NCBI GenBank assembly: GCA_034659915.1
Contig: JAYEID010000002.1
Location: forward strand, 2,089-66,088
Direction: 5' to 3'
Origin: Patescibacteria group bacterium
Lineage (GTDB): Bacteria; Patescibacteriota; WWE3; JAUXAW01; JAYEID01
DNA length: 64,000 bases
The notes beneath the pieces were generated by a model. The model worked only from the letters and a program-made list of their open reading frames with translations. It searched no databases and was not told where the DNA came from. The position numbers and the translations under genes are program-made. Each line of letters starts with the position of its first letter. Within the stretch, counting starts at the first letter, position 1. Positions 48,814-57,111 of this stretch are shown here, one piece after another.

Positions 48814-48871
48814 CTGGTTCTTGCCTATTTTACAGTTGGAGGTGCGCTTAGTTTATGTTATTCTTGTTTTG

Positions 48872-48946
48872 ATGATTTCTGTAATAATACTTATTTATAA
48901 CCCCCTTCGCTAAAACTGCCTGCCGGTAAGGCAGGGCTATGGGGAC
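48872..48946 (+). pseudogene. 5'-end remnant of a GT2 gene cut by a family J palindrome carrying nested element E
   Basis: MISVIILIYN versus MLSVVIPIYN of the next gene; cccccttcgctaaa[actgcctgccggtaaggcagg]gctatggggac. Confidence 0.65.
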
Positions 48947-48974
48947 ATGTTCCGAGAGGAGTTAAATTTTTAAT

Positions 48975-49922
48975 ATGTTGTCAGTAGTTATACCAATTTA
49001 TAATGAAGAGAAAAGTCTCGGGAAGCTTTATGACCGTTTAACTAAGACTTTATCAAAGATAGATGAGGAGTACGAAATTATTGCTGTAAATGACGGTTCT
49101 AGCGACGATTCTTTGCGAGTTCTAAAAAAGCTTCATAAGCAGGACTCCCGCTTTAAGGTAGTTGATTTTCGCCGAAATTTTGGGCAGACTGCTGCGTTGG
49201 CTGCAGGTTTTGATTATGCGCAGGGCGACGTGGTTGTTTCTATTGATGCAGATTTAGAAAATGATCCAAATGATGTTCCAAAGCTTTTGGATAAGCTTGA
49301 TGAGGGTTATGATATTGTTTCTGGTTGGCGGCAAAACCGGTGGGTTGGAGGGTTACTTCAAAAGATTGTCCGCCGTGTTCCTTCTGAGATAGCTAATTTT
49401 CTGGTCCGAAGAGTAACAGGACTTGAACTTCATGATACAGGGTGTACTCTCAAAGCTTATCGGGCGGAAGTTTTGGAGCATGTTGAGCTTTACGGGGAAA
49501 TGCATCGGTTTGTTCCTGCAATTGCAACTCGTTACGGAGCTAAAATTGCCGAGGTCCCGGTAAACTACCAGCCGCGAGAGTTTGGTTCTTCTAAATATGG
49601 GTTTTCACGTACAGTACGTGTTCTTTTGGATTTGGTTCTTCTTAAGTTTCTTTTGGGTTATGGTACAAGACCAATTCAGTTTTTTGGACTGCTAGGTGTT
49701 GTGCTTGGAGGTTTGGGATTTGTTTTTTCGTTATATTTGACGTACGTGAAATTTGGGTTGAATCAATCAATTGGACAGAGACCCCTTCTTCTGCTAGCTG
49801 TGCTGTTGATGGTTTTGGGTGTGCAGTTTGTAACCATGGGTCTTTTGGGTGAGATAGTGATGCGGACTTATTTTGAGTCGCAAAACAAGAAAATTTATGC
49901 GGTGAGGGAGTTTTTGGATTAG
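48975..49922 (+). CDS. GT2 polyprenol-phosphate glycosyltransferase (ArnC/GtrB-like)
   Basis: RRNFGQTAA, DADLENDP, LHDTGC.LKAY, HRFVP, 2 C-terminal TMs. Confidence 0.92.
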   Translation: MLSVVIPIYNEEKSLGKLYDRLTKTLSKIDEEYEIIAVNDGSSDDSLRVLKKLHKQDSRFKVVDFRRNFGQTAALAAGFDYAQGDVVVSIDADLENDPNDVPKLLDKLDEGYDIVSGWRQNRWVGGLLQKIVRRVPSEIANFLVRRVTGLELHDTGCTLKAYRAEVLEHVELYGEMHRFVPAIATRYGAKIAEVPVNYQPREFGSSKYGFSRTVRVLLDLVLLKFLLGYGTRPIQFFGLLGVVLGGLGFVFSLYLTYVKFGLNQSIGQRPLLLLAVLLMVLGVQFVTMGLLGEIVMRTYFESQNKKIYAVREFLD

Positions 49923-49952
49923 TCGTATTAGTCCTATCGGACCTATCTTCCA

Positions 49953-50876
49953 ATGAAGAAAACAATTATAAAAGTAATAGTTAGTGTTGGGCTTTTTTTT
50001 CTGCTCTCTCGTTTGGTAGATTTTGGTGAGCTTTGGCAAACAATTGCTACTGCAAATCTTGCTTTTTTCCTTCTCGGTGCGGCTGTTGTTGCTTTCAACT
50101 ACTTTATTGGTGCTGTCCGTTGGAGTGTACTTCTTGAAGAGGACTCTCCTTCTTTTTTAACTCTTCTTAAGTTTTATTATCTAGGGGGATTTTTTAATAA
50201 TTTTATGCCTTCTAGTGTAGGAGGGGATGCGTATAAGATGTACCGCTTGGGTAAGGAGCTTGGAGACGGTGTTCAGGGCATAGCGGCTACTTTTATGGAT
50301 AGATTTGTGGGTCTTTTCGCACTTTTTTGCCTTTCTTCTTTTGGATTAATTAGTTTTTTGGGAATTAGAGGTTTGGGCGTTTTTCTTGCTTTTTTAGTTT
50401 TGGCTGCGATTGGTTTGTGGTTTTTGAAGTTTGCTTCTCCTTGGCATCCGAAAATCGCCGAGTTTCAAGGACTTATTTATGCTTATCAAAATAAGTATAG
50501 AGTTCTTTTGAAAGCTTTTTTGCTTTCTTTTGGGGTTCAGCTTTGTTCTGTAGGAGCGCAACTTTTAGCTTTTCGTGCTTTAGATCTTTACCCTCCTTTG
50601 GGCAAGGCATTTTTTGTATTGCCGCTTATTAATTTTATTGCCTTTCTTCCTATTTCTTTTAATGGTTTGGGAGTTCAGGATATTTTATTTTCGCGCGCCT
50701 TTCCTTTGCTAGGAGTTGCTGGTGAAAGCGCTGTGGCTGCTTCCCTTGTTTATCACGCAATGAGGTTTGTGATCTCCTTGGTAGGAGGTTTAATTTATGC
50801 GCTAGAAGCTTTTGGAAATGGCACCCCACCTCCAAAAGAAGTTGAGGAATCTGTTTCAACCTCCTCTCGAGTTTAA
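49953..50876 (+). CDS. Lysylphosphatidylglycerol-synthase TM region / flippase-like protein
   Basis: RW..LL, FFNNFMPSSVGGD, DR, LPISFNGLGV. Confidence 0.85.
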   Translation: MKKTIIKVIVSVGLFFLLSRLVDFGELWQTIATANLAFFLLGAAVVAFNYFIGAVRWSVLLEEDSPSFLTLLKFYYLGGFFNNFMPSSVGGDAYKMYRLGKELGDGVQGIAATFMDRFVGLFALFCLSSFGLISFLGIRGLGVFLAFLVLAAIGLWFLKFASPWHPKIAEFQGLIYAYQNKYRVLLKAFLLSFGVQLCSVGAQLLAFRALDLYPPLGKAFFVLPLINFIAFLPISFNGLGVQDILFSRAFPLLGVAGESAVAASLVYHAMRFVISLVGGLIYALEAFGNGTPPPKEVEESVSTSSRV

Positions 50877-50898
50877 TTGGGTTAATTTTTTGTAGCTT

Positions 50899-52773
50899 AT
50901 GCTTAAGAAAATAAAAATAGACAGACTTCTTTTAGTCATTTTTGTTCTTGCTCTTATTCTTCGTCTTTTCGGTATCTGGCACGGTTGGCCGTTTATTTAT
51001 AATATAGATGAACCAGCTTTGGTTCGGAGTGCTATTGGGATTCGTTTTAATCCTAATCCTGGACATTTTGACTGGCCTCATTTGCATTTTTATCTTTCTT
51101 TTGGTGTTTTAGCTTTTTTTTACCTAGTTCGCGGTTTTTTTCAGATTGTGGGTTTGCAACTTCTTTTGATGCAGATAATCCCGTTCTTTTGGAAAGACCC
51201 CGCAATCTATTACTTGATTGTGCGTGTTTTTAATGCGCTTCTTGGTGCGCTGACTATTGTTCCTGTGTATCTTACAGGGAGGGTTTTGTTTGTAGGGGAG
51301 GAGGTTGTCGCAGGAGAAGCCCCTGGGGCTTCTGCAGACCCAGCCCCTGGGGCTGAGGAATGCGGCGGGGGAGATTTGGCGGGCCGTCAATCCAGCTCTC
51401 GCAAGGACGGGTCTTTCCTAGGCCGTTGGTTCGGTGATTTTAGTAATATAGCTTCTTTGCTTTCTGCTTTGGCGTTTGCGGTCTTTCCACTCCATGTAAG
51501 AGATTCTCACTTGGCAACAGTTGATGTTCCTATGGTGTTTTGGCTTGCTTGGTCCATGTATTTTGCGGCGAAAGTTTTAAAAAGTTCTGCTTGGCGCAAT
51601 TATATTTTTGCTGGAATATTTGCAGGGTTGGCTGCTTCAACTAAGTATAACGGTGTCTTTATTTTGTTAGTTATTGTTTTGGCACACTGTTTGCAAATTT
51701 GGTTAAAAAGCCAGGGAGAAGAAACAAAGTTTGTTGCGACTTTTTTCTCAAAGAAGCTTTTGAAAGTTTTTGTTTCTGGGCTCTCTGCTCTACTTGTTTT
51801 CTTTCTTGGTACTCCTTACATTCTTTTTGATTTTAAAACCTTTTGGTCTTATGAGTATGGGCGGGGTTTTCTTTGGTTGTTAGAAGAAACTGGTAGTGTT
51901 TCCAGCTGGGCGGAGTATTTTGCCAATTTTAAATATTTAAGTTCTTTACCTAAGGATCTTTCTTGGACCCTTTATTTAATAGTCCTTTTTTCAATTGGTG
52001 AGTTTTTATGTTTACTACTTAAAAAGATTATTAAGATAGAATTTAAATTACCTGTCAGAATGAATGTTTGCAAGGACGGGTCTTGCCAAAGTGCTTTTTC
52101 ATGGCAATTAGCGAGACTTGCTTTTTTGCTCTTCTTTCCTGTTTTTTATTGTTTATTTGTTATGCGGGGGAAGAAGTTTAATCCTCACTATTTCTTAGCG
52201 GTATACCCGTTTCTTGCATTGGTAGTGGGAAGATTTACAGCAAAAATCGGTCGTTTTGCTAGTTATTTATGGAATTCGGCAGAAGTACCAAGCACCAGAT
52301 CACAAAATCTAAATAAATCTCAAGTTTCAAAACGACAGATCAAAAATAGGGGCGGCGAAGGTGGGACATTTGGGATTTCCGCGCGTAGCGTACTCTTTGC
52401 ACTTATCTTGTTTGTTTTTGTAGTTCCTTTGTATCGCTCTTTTTACACTGGGTTGGTATATTCACGTGTAGATACGAGAACGCAAGCTAGTCAATGGGTA
52501 GGTGAAAATGTTTCGCTGGGATCTAGGGTTGCAATTGTAGGAACAGAAACTATTGAATTAACTGTAGAAGGTGTAAAGTATAAGACATACAAAAAGCTTA
52601 GTATTTTGGATAAGTTTGGGCAATACGATTTTGTGCTTGTTACTAATGAAAAACAAGATTATATGCTGGAAAAAATGGCTGATAATGGTTTTGAATTAGT
52701 TCAGGAGTATAGTAACGAAAAACCAACTCGCCGCGGTCCTTATGTTTGGATTTTTAAAAATATACAAGAGTGA
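50899..52773 (+). CDS. GT-C (PMT-like) glycosyltransferase with A, B and heptamer insertions
   Basis: IDEP, NPGHFDWP, SHLATVDVP, STKYNG, DTRTQA. Confidence 0.85.
   Translation: MLKKIKIDRLLLVIFVLALILRLFGIWHGWPFIYNIDEPALVRSAIGIRFNPNPGHFDWPHLHFYLSFGVLAFFYLVRGFFQIVGLQLLLMQIIPFFWKDPAIYYLIVRVFNALLGALTIVPVYLTGRVLFVGEEVVAGEAPGASADPAPGAEECGGGDLAGRQSSSRKDGSFLGRWFGDFSNIASLLSALAFAVFPLHVRDSHLATVDVPMVFWLAWSMYFAAKVLKSSAWRNYIFAGIFAGLAASTKYNGVFILLVIVLAHCLQIWLKSQGEETKFVATFFSKKLLKVFVSGLSALLVFFLGTPYILFDFKTFWSYEYGRGFLWLLEETGSVSSWAEYFANFKYLSSLPKDLSWTLYLIVLFSIGEFLCLLLKKIIKIEFKLPVRMNVCKDGSCQSAFSWQLARLAFLLFFPVFYCLFVMRGKKFNPHYFLAVYPFLALVVGRFTAKIGRFASYLWNSAEVPSTRSQNLNKSQVSKRQIKNRGGEGGTFGISARSVLFALILFVFVVPLYRSFYTGLVYSRVDTRTQASQWVGENVSLGSRVAIVGTETIELTVEGVKYKTYKKLSILDKFGQYDFVLVTNEKQDYMLEKMADNGFELVQEYSNEKPTRRGPYVWIFKNIQE
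51307..51415. repeat. Family A copy 7 (51307-51366) plus family B half site (51403-51415)
   Basis: Encodes VAGEAPGASADPAPGAEECG...RKDGSF; another B half site at 52072-52084. Confidence 0.92.
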
Positions 52774-52842
52774 CCCCAAGTAAGTGCTCCACGTTTGTTT
52801 GAAGTTTGAGGAGGTGATTATCTTTGGTAAAATAGGATATAT

Positions 52843-54342
52843 ATGGATTTAAAAGACATCTTTTTTTCTAGAGCGTTTTTTGTTTTTGTAATTTCTTTTT
52901 CTATATTTTTCTTTTCCTGGTTTTTTGTTTGTAAAACGGGTATTAACGATACCGCTATTCAAAGTCACGATACATTGCCAGCATTATTTATACCTGCTTC
53001 GGTCAGTGTAGAGGGAAACCTCGATTTGGATGAGTACTTTGAGATGCTCATTTCTGAGCATCCTCATCCAGACGGGGAAAGTATTCCCTTTTATTTAAGA
53101 GTAGTTGATGGTCATTTTTATTCCGCTTTTCCTGTTATTACAGGATTACTTGCTATTCCTGTTTATTTTGTTCCTCTCCAACTAGGGTTACCAGTTACTT
53201 TTGAAACTGTAGCATTGCTTGGCCACATTTCCGCCTCTTTTATTGTTGCGCTATCTGCAGTGTTTATATATTTGATCTTTCGGCGGATGGCGGTAAGCGG
53301 AAGGCGACCTGTGATTCTTGCGTTGGTTTACGCATTAGGCACGTGCTCTTTTGCTCTTACTTCCCAGGGCTTGTGGCAGCATACTGCTAGTCAGCTTATG
53401 CTTTCTTTGGCTTTGTACTTCCTTGTTTTGGGATTTGATTCTCCAAATAAAGCACCCTGGTCGGGACTTTTTTTAAGCTTGGCAACTCTTGCTCGTCCAA
53501 CAGGAGCTGTGGCAGTTTTGTTGCTGTCTTTGTATTTTCTACTTCGTTACAGTTGGGTTAATTTTTTAAAATATGTTTCTCTTGGTCTTTTTCCTGTTGC
53601 TGTTTTTTTGGCTGTCCCTGGTATGCATAAAGGTGTTTTTGCTGGTTATGCTTCTCAAGTTGGTTCCAATTGGACAGCACCCTTTCCACAGGGGTTTTTA
53701 GGAGTTTGGTTTTCTCCAAGCAAAGGCGTGCTAATCTATTCGCCCGTTTTTCTGTTTTCGTTTGTGAGTGTATGGATTTTAGTCGCTGATGAGTTAGCTG
53801 ATAAAAATCCTAAATCCGAAACTCTAAATCCTAAACAAATACAAAATTCAAATGACAAAAATTCAAAACGTTTTGAAAATTTGAATTTAGGTAATTCGGA
53901 TTTGTTTAGGATTTCGGATTTCGTGCTTCGAATTTGCCGACGTATAGAAGCGCGGGGGAAACTTGTTTTATTTTACTTTGTGTTTCTGTGCGTGTTTGTC
54001 CATTCCTTTGTCGTCGGCAAGTGGTACCATTGGTATGGTGGTTGGGCTTTTGGATATCGGATGATGAGTGATATGATTCCTTTTCTTGCCTTTTTGTGGG
54101 TACCTTTTGTTAAATCTGAGTATTGGAATAAGTTAAAATATTGGTTTTACTTGGCAGCTGTATGGTCAGTGGGAATTCAGCTTGCAGGGATAGCTTTTTT
54201 TGATGGTGTTTGGCACAACTTGTTTGATGAGGGGCCTGATCAGCAGGCTTGGCTTTGGTCAGTCAAGAACAGCGAGATGCTTTATTACGTGCGACGGCTA
54301 ATTGCAAAACTGCAAGGAAAGCCAACCAGTTTGGTAAGATAA
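52843..54342 (+). CDS. GT-C-like membrane protein
   Basis: SQGLWQH, ARP, SPSKGVLIYSP, WYGGWAFGYR. Confidence 0.8.
   Translation: MDLKDIFFSRAFFVFVISFSIFFFSWFFVCKTGINDTAIQSHDTLPALFIPASVSVEGNLDLDEYFEMLISEHPHPDGESIPFYLRVVDGHFYSAFPVITGLLAIPVYFVPLQLGLPVTFETVALLGHISASFIVALSAVFIYLIFRRMAVSGRRPVILALVYALGTCSFALTSQGLWQHTASQLMLSLALYFLVLGFDSPNKAPWSGLFLSLATLARPTGAVAVLLLSLYFLLRYSWVNFLKYVSLGLFPVAVFLAVPGMHKGVFAGYASQVGSNWTAPFPQGFLGVWFSPSKGVLIYSPVFLFSFVSVWILVADELADKNPKSETLNPKQIQNSNDKNSKRFENLNLGNSDLFRISDFVLRICRRIEARGKLVLFYFVFLCVFVHSFVVGKWYHWYGGWAFGYRMMSDMIPFLAFLWVPFVKSEYWNKLKYWFYLAAVWSVGIQLAGIAFFDGVWHNLFDEGPDQQAWLWSVKNSEMLYYVRRLIAKLQGKPTSLVR
53805..53935. repeat. Inverted heptamer-array element (gene-less, intragenic, in frame)
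   Basis: aaatcct-aaatccg-aaactct-aaatcct-aaacaaat...TTCAAAA-CG-TTTTGAA...atttgttt-aggattt-cggattt. Confidence 0.9.
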
Positions 54343-54379
54343 GTTTTATGAAGTTCAAATTTCAAAATCCAAATATCAA

Positions 54380-54756
54380 ATGAATGACAGATGTCAAAAT
54401 TCAAAGAAGAGCTATTATGATCTTGAGGAGAGAACAGCTAAATTTGGAGAAGCTATTATTGATTTTGCTAGAAAGATTAAAGTGGAACAATAAATAGAGT
54501 GTTGGTTAGTCATGTGGTTAGAGCAGGAACGAGCATTGGGGCAAATTATATGGAGGCTGATGGTGCAGAGTCAAAAAAAGATTTCAAGCATAAAATAGCT
54601 TTGTGTAAGAAGGAAGCAAAGGAAACAAAGCATTGACTGAGAATGATTTCAAAAGCAGCGCCACGCTACTCTAAGCAATGTAAAGTTCTTTGGCAGGAGG
54701 CACAGGAATTAACTTTGATATTTTCAGCTATTTTGCTAGGTAAGAAGAAAAAGTAA
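54380..54756 (+). pseudogene. Four-helix-bundle protein (TIGR02436 / IVS-protein-like) pseudogene
   Basis: YDLEERTAKFGE... / frameshift near 54487 / ..VRAGTSIGANYMEADGAESKKDFKHKI..CKKEAKETKH*LRM, with TGA at 54634. Flanked by inverted heptamer arms at 54351-54405 and 54767-54823. Confidence 0.88.
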
Positions 54757-54828
54757 GGGTTTTCTGTTTTGTAATTTGGGTTTTGACATTGAATTGACAT
54801 TTGAGCTTTTTAATTTGAAATTTTTCCA

Positions 54829-56178
54829 ATGAAAATTATTTTTCTTTCTAACCAACTCTTCGACTACCCTTTAAAGACCAACAAATGGCACGTGGCTACC
54901 CGGGTGGCTGAGCGGGGGCATCGAGTTCTTTTTATTGATCCTCCAATTCGTTTTCGCAAAGTAATAAAACAAATTTTCCAAGGGCGTTGGGGTTTGGGAA
55001 GGTTACTTTCAGGGTTTTACGCTCCGGTCGGCAATTCCCCAAAGCCAGGTTCTGGGACTGGTCTTAGAACCTGGCTTTTGTCCTTGCCGATCGCTACTTT
55101 AAAAGTCTTTACCCCTCTGACCTCTGTGCCTTCCGAATCACCAAACCTTACTCGTTTCAACGTTAACCGAATGAAAAGGAGGGTTCCGGAATTTTTTGAT
55201 GGCGAAGCTATCCTTTGGGTTTATAATCCAGCAATGATTGAGTATATTGAGAAGATACCACACAAGTTATTGGTCTATGATTGTGTGGATGATTATCCTT
55301 CTATGGCTAATTACCAGCGGCTGGGGCTTTCTGATGAGATTGCGAAGAAGGAGGAGCAGATTGCGAGCCGTGCTGACCTTATTTTTGCAACAACTAAAAA
55401 TTTGGCGGAGAAGCTCCGGCAGCGGAATGACAACGTTTATTACGTGGGAAATGCGGGAGACTATGCACGCTTTGCCCCTGCGGCTAAAGCGGAAATTATA
55501 ACCCGCCAGCCCGCTTCACCGAATCGAGGCGAGCCGGCGGACAAATTTCAAATTTCAAATGAAGGAGAAGAAAGAAGAACCGGCGAGGAAAAGTTGCCAA
55601 AGGAAAGTCCCGTCCTTGCGGCTCAAAGGACGGGATTTTCCGGAGTACCAAAACCAATTATCGGCTTTACCGGAGCAATTGACGATTACAAAGTGAACCT
55701 CCCTCTTCTTGTTCGAGTTGCTAAGGACCATCCGGAAAAATCTTTAGTTTTGGTAGGACCAACTGGAGTAGCGGGCGACCAGCCTGATCTTTGTGACCTT
55801 AAAGGACTTGAAAATGTTTATTTTATTGGCGAACGTCCGTATGAAGAAATGCCCGCGTTTTTTGCCCGGTTTGATGTTTACATTATTCCCTATAATCTAA
55901 ACGACTATACGGTAAAGGGTTGTTTTCCGGTTAAGTTTTTGGATGCTTTGGCGGCTGGATTGCCCACTGTGGTTACCAATCTCCCTGCCTACGAAGATTT
56001 TGCTGACGTTTCTTATATTGCTGGAGATGACGAGGAGTTTGGTAAGTTGATTCAAAAAGCATTAGACGAAAATTCCAAGGAGAAAGTAGAGAAGCGTATG
56101 CGCATTGCTCGTCAAAATTCATGGAACAATAAGGTGGAAAAAATGCTTCAGATTGTTACTTCAAAGCTTTCTTCGTAG
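54829..56178 (+). CDS. GT4-like glycosyltransferase (TuaH-like) with C, L and B insertions
   Basis: VYDCVDDY, IGFTGAI, GERPYEEMP, P.KFLDALAAGLP. Confidence 0.88.
   Translation: MKIIFLSNQLFDYPLKTNKWHVATRVAERGHRVLFIDPPIRFRKVIKQIFQGRWGLGRLLSGFYAPVGNSPKPGSGTGLRTWLLSLPIATLKVFTPLTSVPSESPNLTRFNVNRMKRRVPEFFDGEAILWVYNPAMIEYIEKIPHKLLVYDCVDDYPSMANYQRLGLSDEIAKKEEQIASRADLIFATTKNLAEKLRQRNDNVYYVGNAGDYARFAPAAKAEIITRQPASPNRGEPADKFQISNEGEERRTGEEKLPKESPVLAAQRTGFSGVPKPIIGFTGAIDDYKVNLPLLVRVAKDHPEKSLVLVGPTGVAGDQPDLCDLKGLENVYFIGERPYEEMPAFFARFDVYIIPYNLNDYTVKGCFPVKFLDALAAGLPTVVTNLPAYEDFADVSYIAGDDEEFGKLIQKALDENSKEKVEKRMRIARQNSWNNKVEKMLQIVTSKLSS
55028..55090. repeat. Family C copy 3 (opposite orientation relative to its gene)
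   Basis: Encodes GNSPKPGSGTGLRTWLLSLP. Confidence 0.9.
55503..55641. repeat. Composite insertion: nested CCGCCAG..CCGGCGG palindrome, heptamers and family B doublet (55602-55641)
   Basis: Encodes RQPASPNRGEPADKFQISN...KESPVLAAQRTGFS. Confidence 0.85.
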
Positions 56179-56278
56179 TGTATACATTGCGACCCTTTCA
56201 TATATAGGTTATAATTTGGTTTAGGTTCAGGATATATAGTTTGGTTTGAGATGTAGAGTACAAGAGGGGGTAATAGCG

Positions 56279-56770
56279 GTGAATGATGAATGGGTGGGTC
56301 GGGTAATAGGGTGTTTGGAAGATTGGGATTTTGAGTCTGCTTTGAAAGAGGCAGAGGAAGCTTTGGAGGTTGCAGATACTCCTGAGAAGAGAGGTGAGGT
56401 TTACTTGTTAATTTCAGCTGTGGCTGAGCACACAGGGGATCGAGGTAAAAGGGGAGAAGCCCTATTTAAGGCTCTAGAGATATTTAGATCCTTAGGTGAT
56501 AGAGCTAAGGAGATTCAAGTCTTGGCTCTTATTGCTGATGCTCATTTAGAAAGGGAAGCAGAGTCAGCAGTTGATGATGCGCTCAATTGCTATAGTGAGG
56601 CATTAAAAATTGCTTTGCACGATAAAGCGCTATATCGACAGCTGTTGCCTCGCATTTTGAGTGGTGTGGGCAGTGCTCTTGTAGTTAGGGATTCGGAGTT
56701 GTCGAGAGAATTTTTCAAGCTTAGTTCCCGGCTTGAAGAAAAGTACAAGGAGGAGCTAGAGAGTGACTAA
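56279..56770 (+). CDS. TPR-like helical protein
   Basis: ALE/A..L repeats (KALEIFRSLGD, YSEALKI); GTG start follows GAGGGG. Confidence 0.65.
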   Translation: MNDEWVGRVIGCLEDWDFESALKEAEEALEVADTPEKRGEVYLLISAVAEHTGDRGKRGEALFKALEIFRSLGDRAKEIQVLALIADAHLEREAESAVDDALNCYSEALKIALHDKALYRQLLPRILSGVGSALVVRDSELSREFFKLSSRLEEKYKEELESD

Positions 56771-57029
56771 GGCAGATCTACAGCGAGTGGTTTTTGGTTT
56801 TGTCATAATTTTCTTGTTGGGGATACATATAGTGATTGCAATGTTTATACCCTTGCCGGAAAGGTTTCCAATACTGGTGTACGCGATTCTTGCAATCTTG
56901 GCTGTTATCTGTGTAGGCTTGCTGATAATTGCATATGCGGCATTAGTAAGAAGGGAGTGGGGAACGGGATGCGGTGCTGTCGGTTTCTACTTGATTATAA
57001 TGTTGCTGGCATTAAGGCAGTATATATAG
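56763..57029 (+). CDS. Small 3-TM membrane protein
   Basis: Hydrophobic 88-aa ORF overlapping the upstream stop. Confidence 0.65.
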   Translation: MTKADLQRVVFGFVIIFLLGIHIVIAMFIPLPERFPILVYAILAILAVICVGLLIIAYAALVRREWGTGCGAVGFYLIIMLLALRQYI

Positions 57030-57040
57030 TTTTCAACATG

Positions 57041-57091
57041 AGCAGGGAAGCTCGAAGGAGTATCCCTGCTTTTTTTTTTTTTTTTTTTTTT
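57041..57091 (+). terminator. Intrinsic terminator with a T22 tail
   Basis: AGCAGGGA...TCCCTGCT followed by a poly-T run. Confidence 0.8.
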
Positions 57092-57111
57092 GGAAGGCGA
57101 AGAACTGGGTT

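Noticed and set aside
54380-54756. TGA recoding suggested by TGA at a normally Trp position (54634)
   Set aside because: The same gene also has a frameshift, and many intact genes end in TGA (4283, 7763, 16891, 20105), so standard code 11 with pseudogenisation fits better.
53805-54823. Diversity-generating retroelement (Avd-like four-helix bundle)
   Set aside because: No reverse transcriptase and no TR/VR pair with adenine-specific mismatches; the 24549/24976 pair differs mainly at synonymous sites of all bases.
57070-57091. T22 run as a contingency locus
   Set aside because: It is an intergenic terminator tail between convergent genes; the length may be a homopolymer artefact and has no coding effect.
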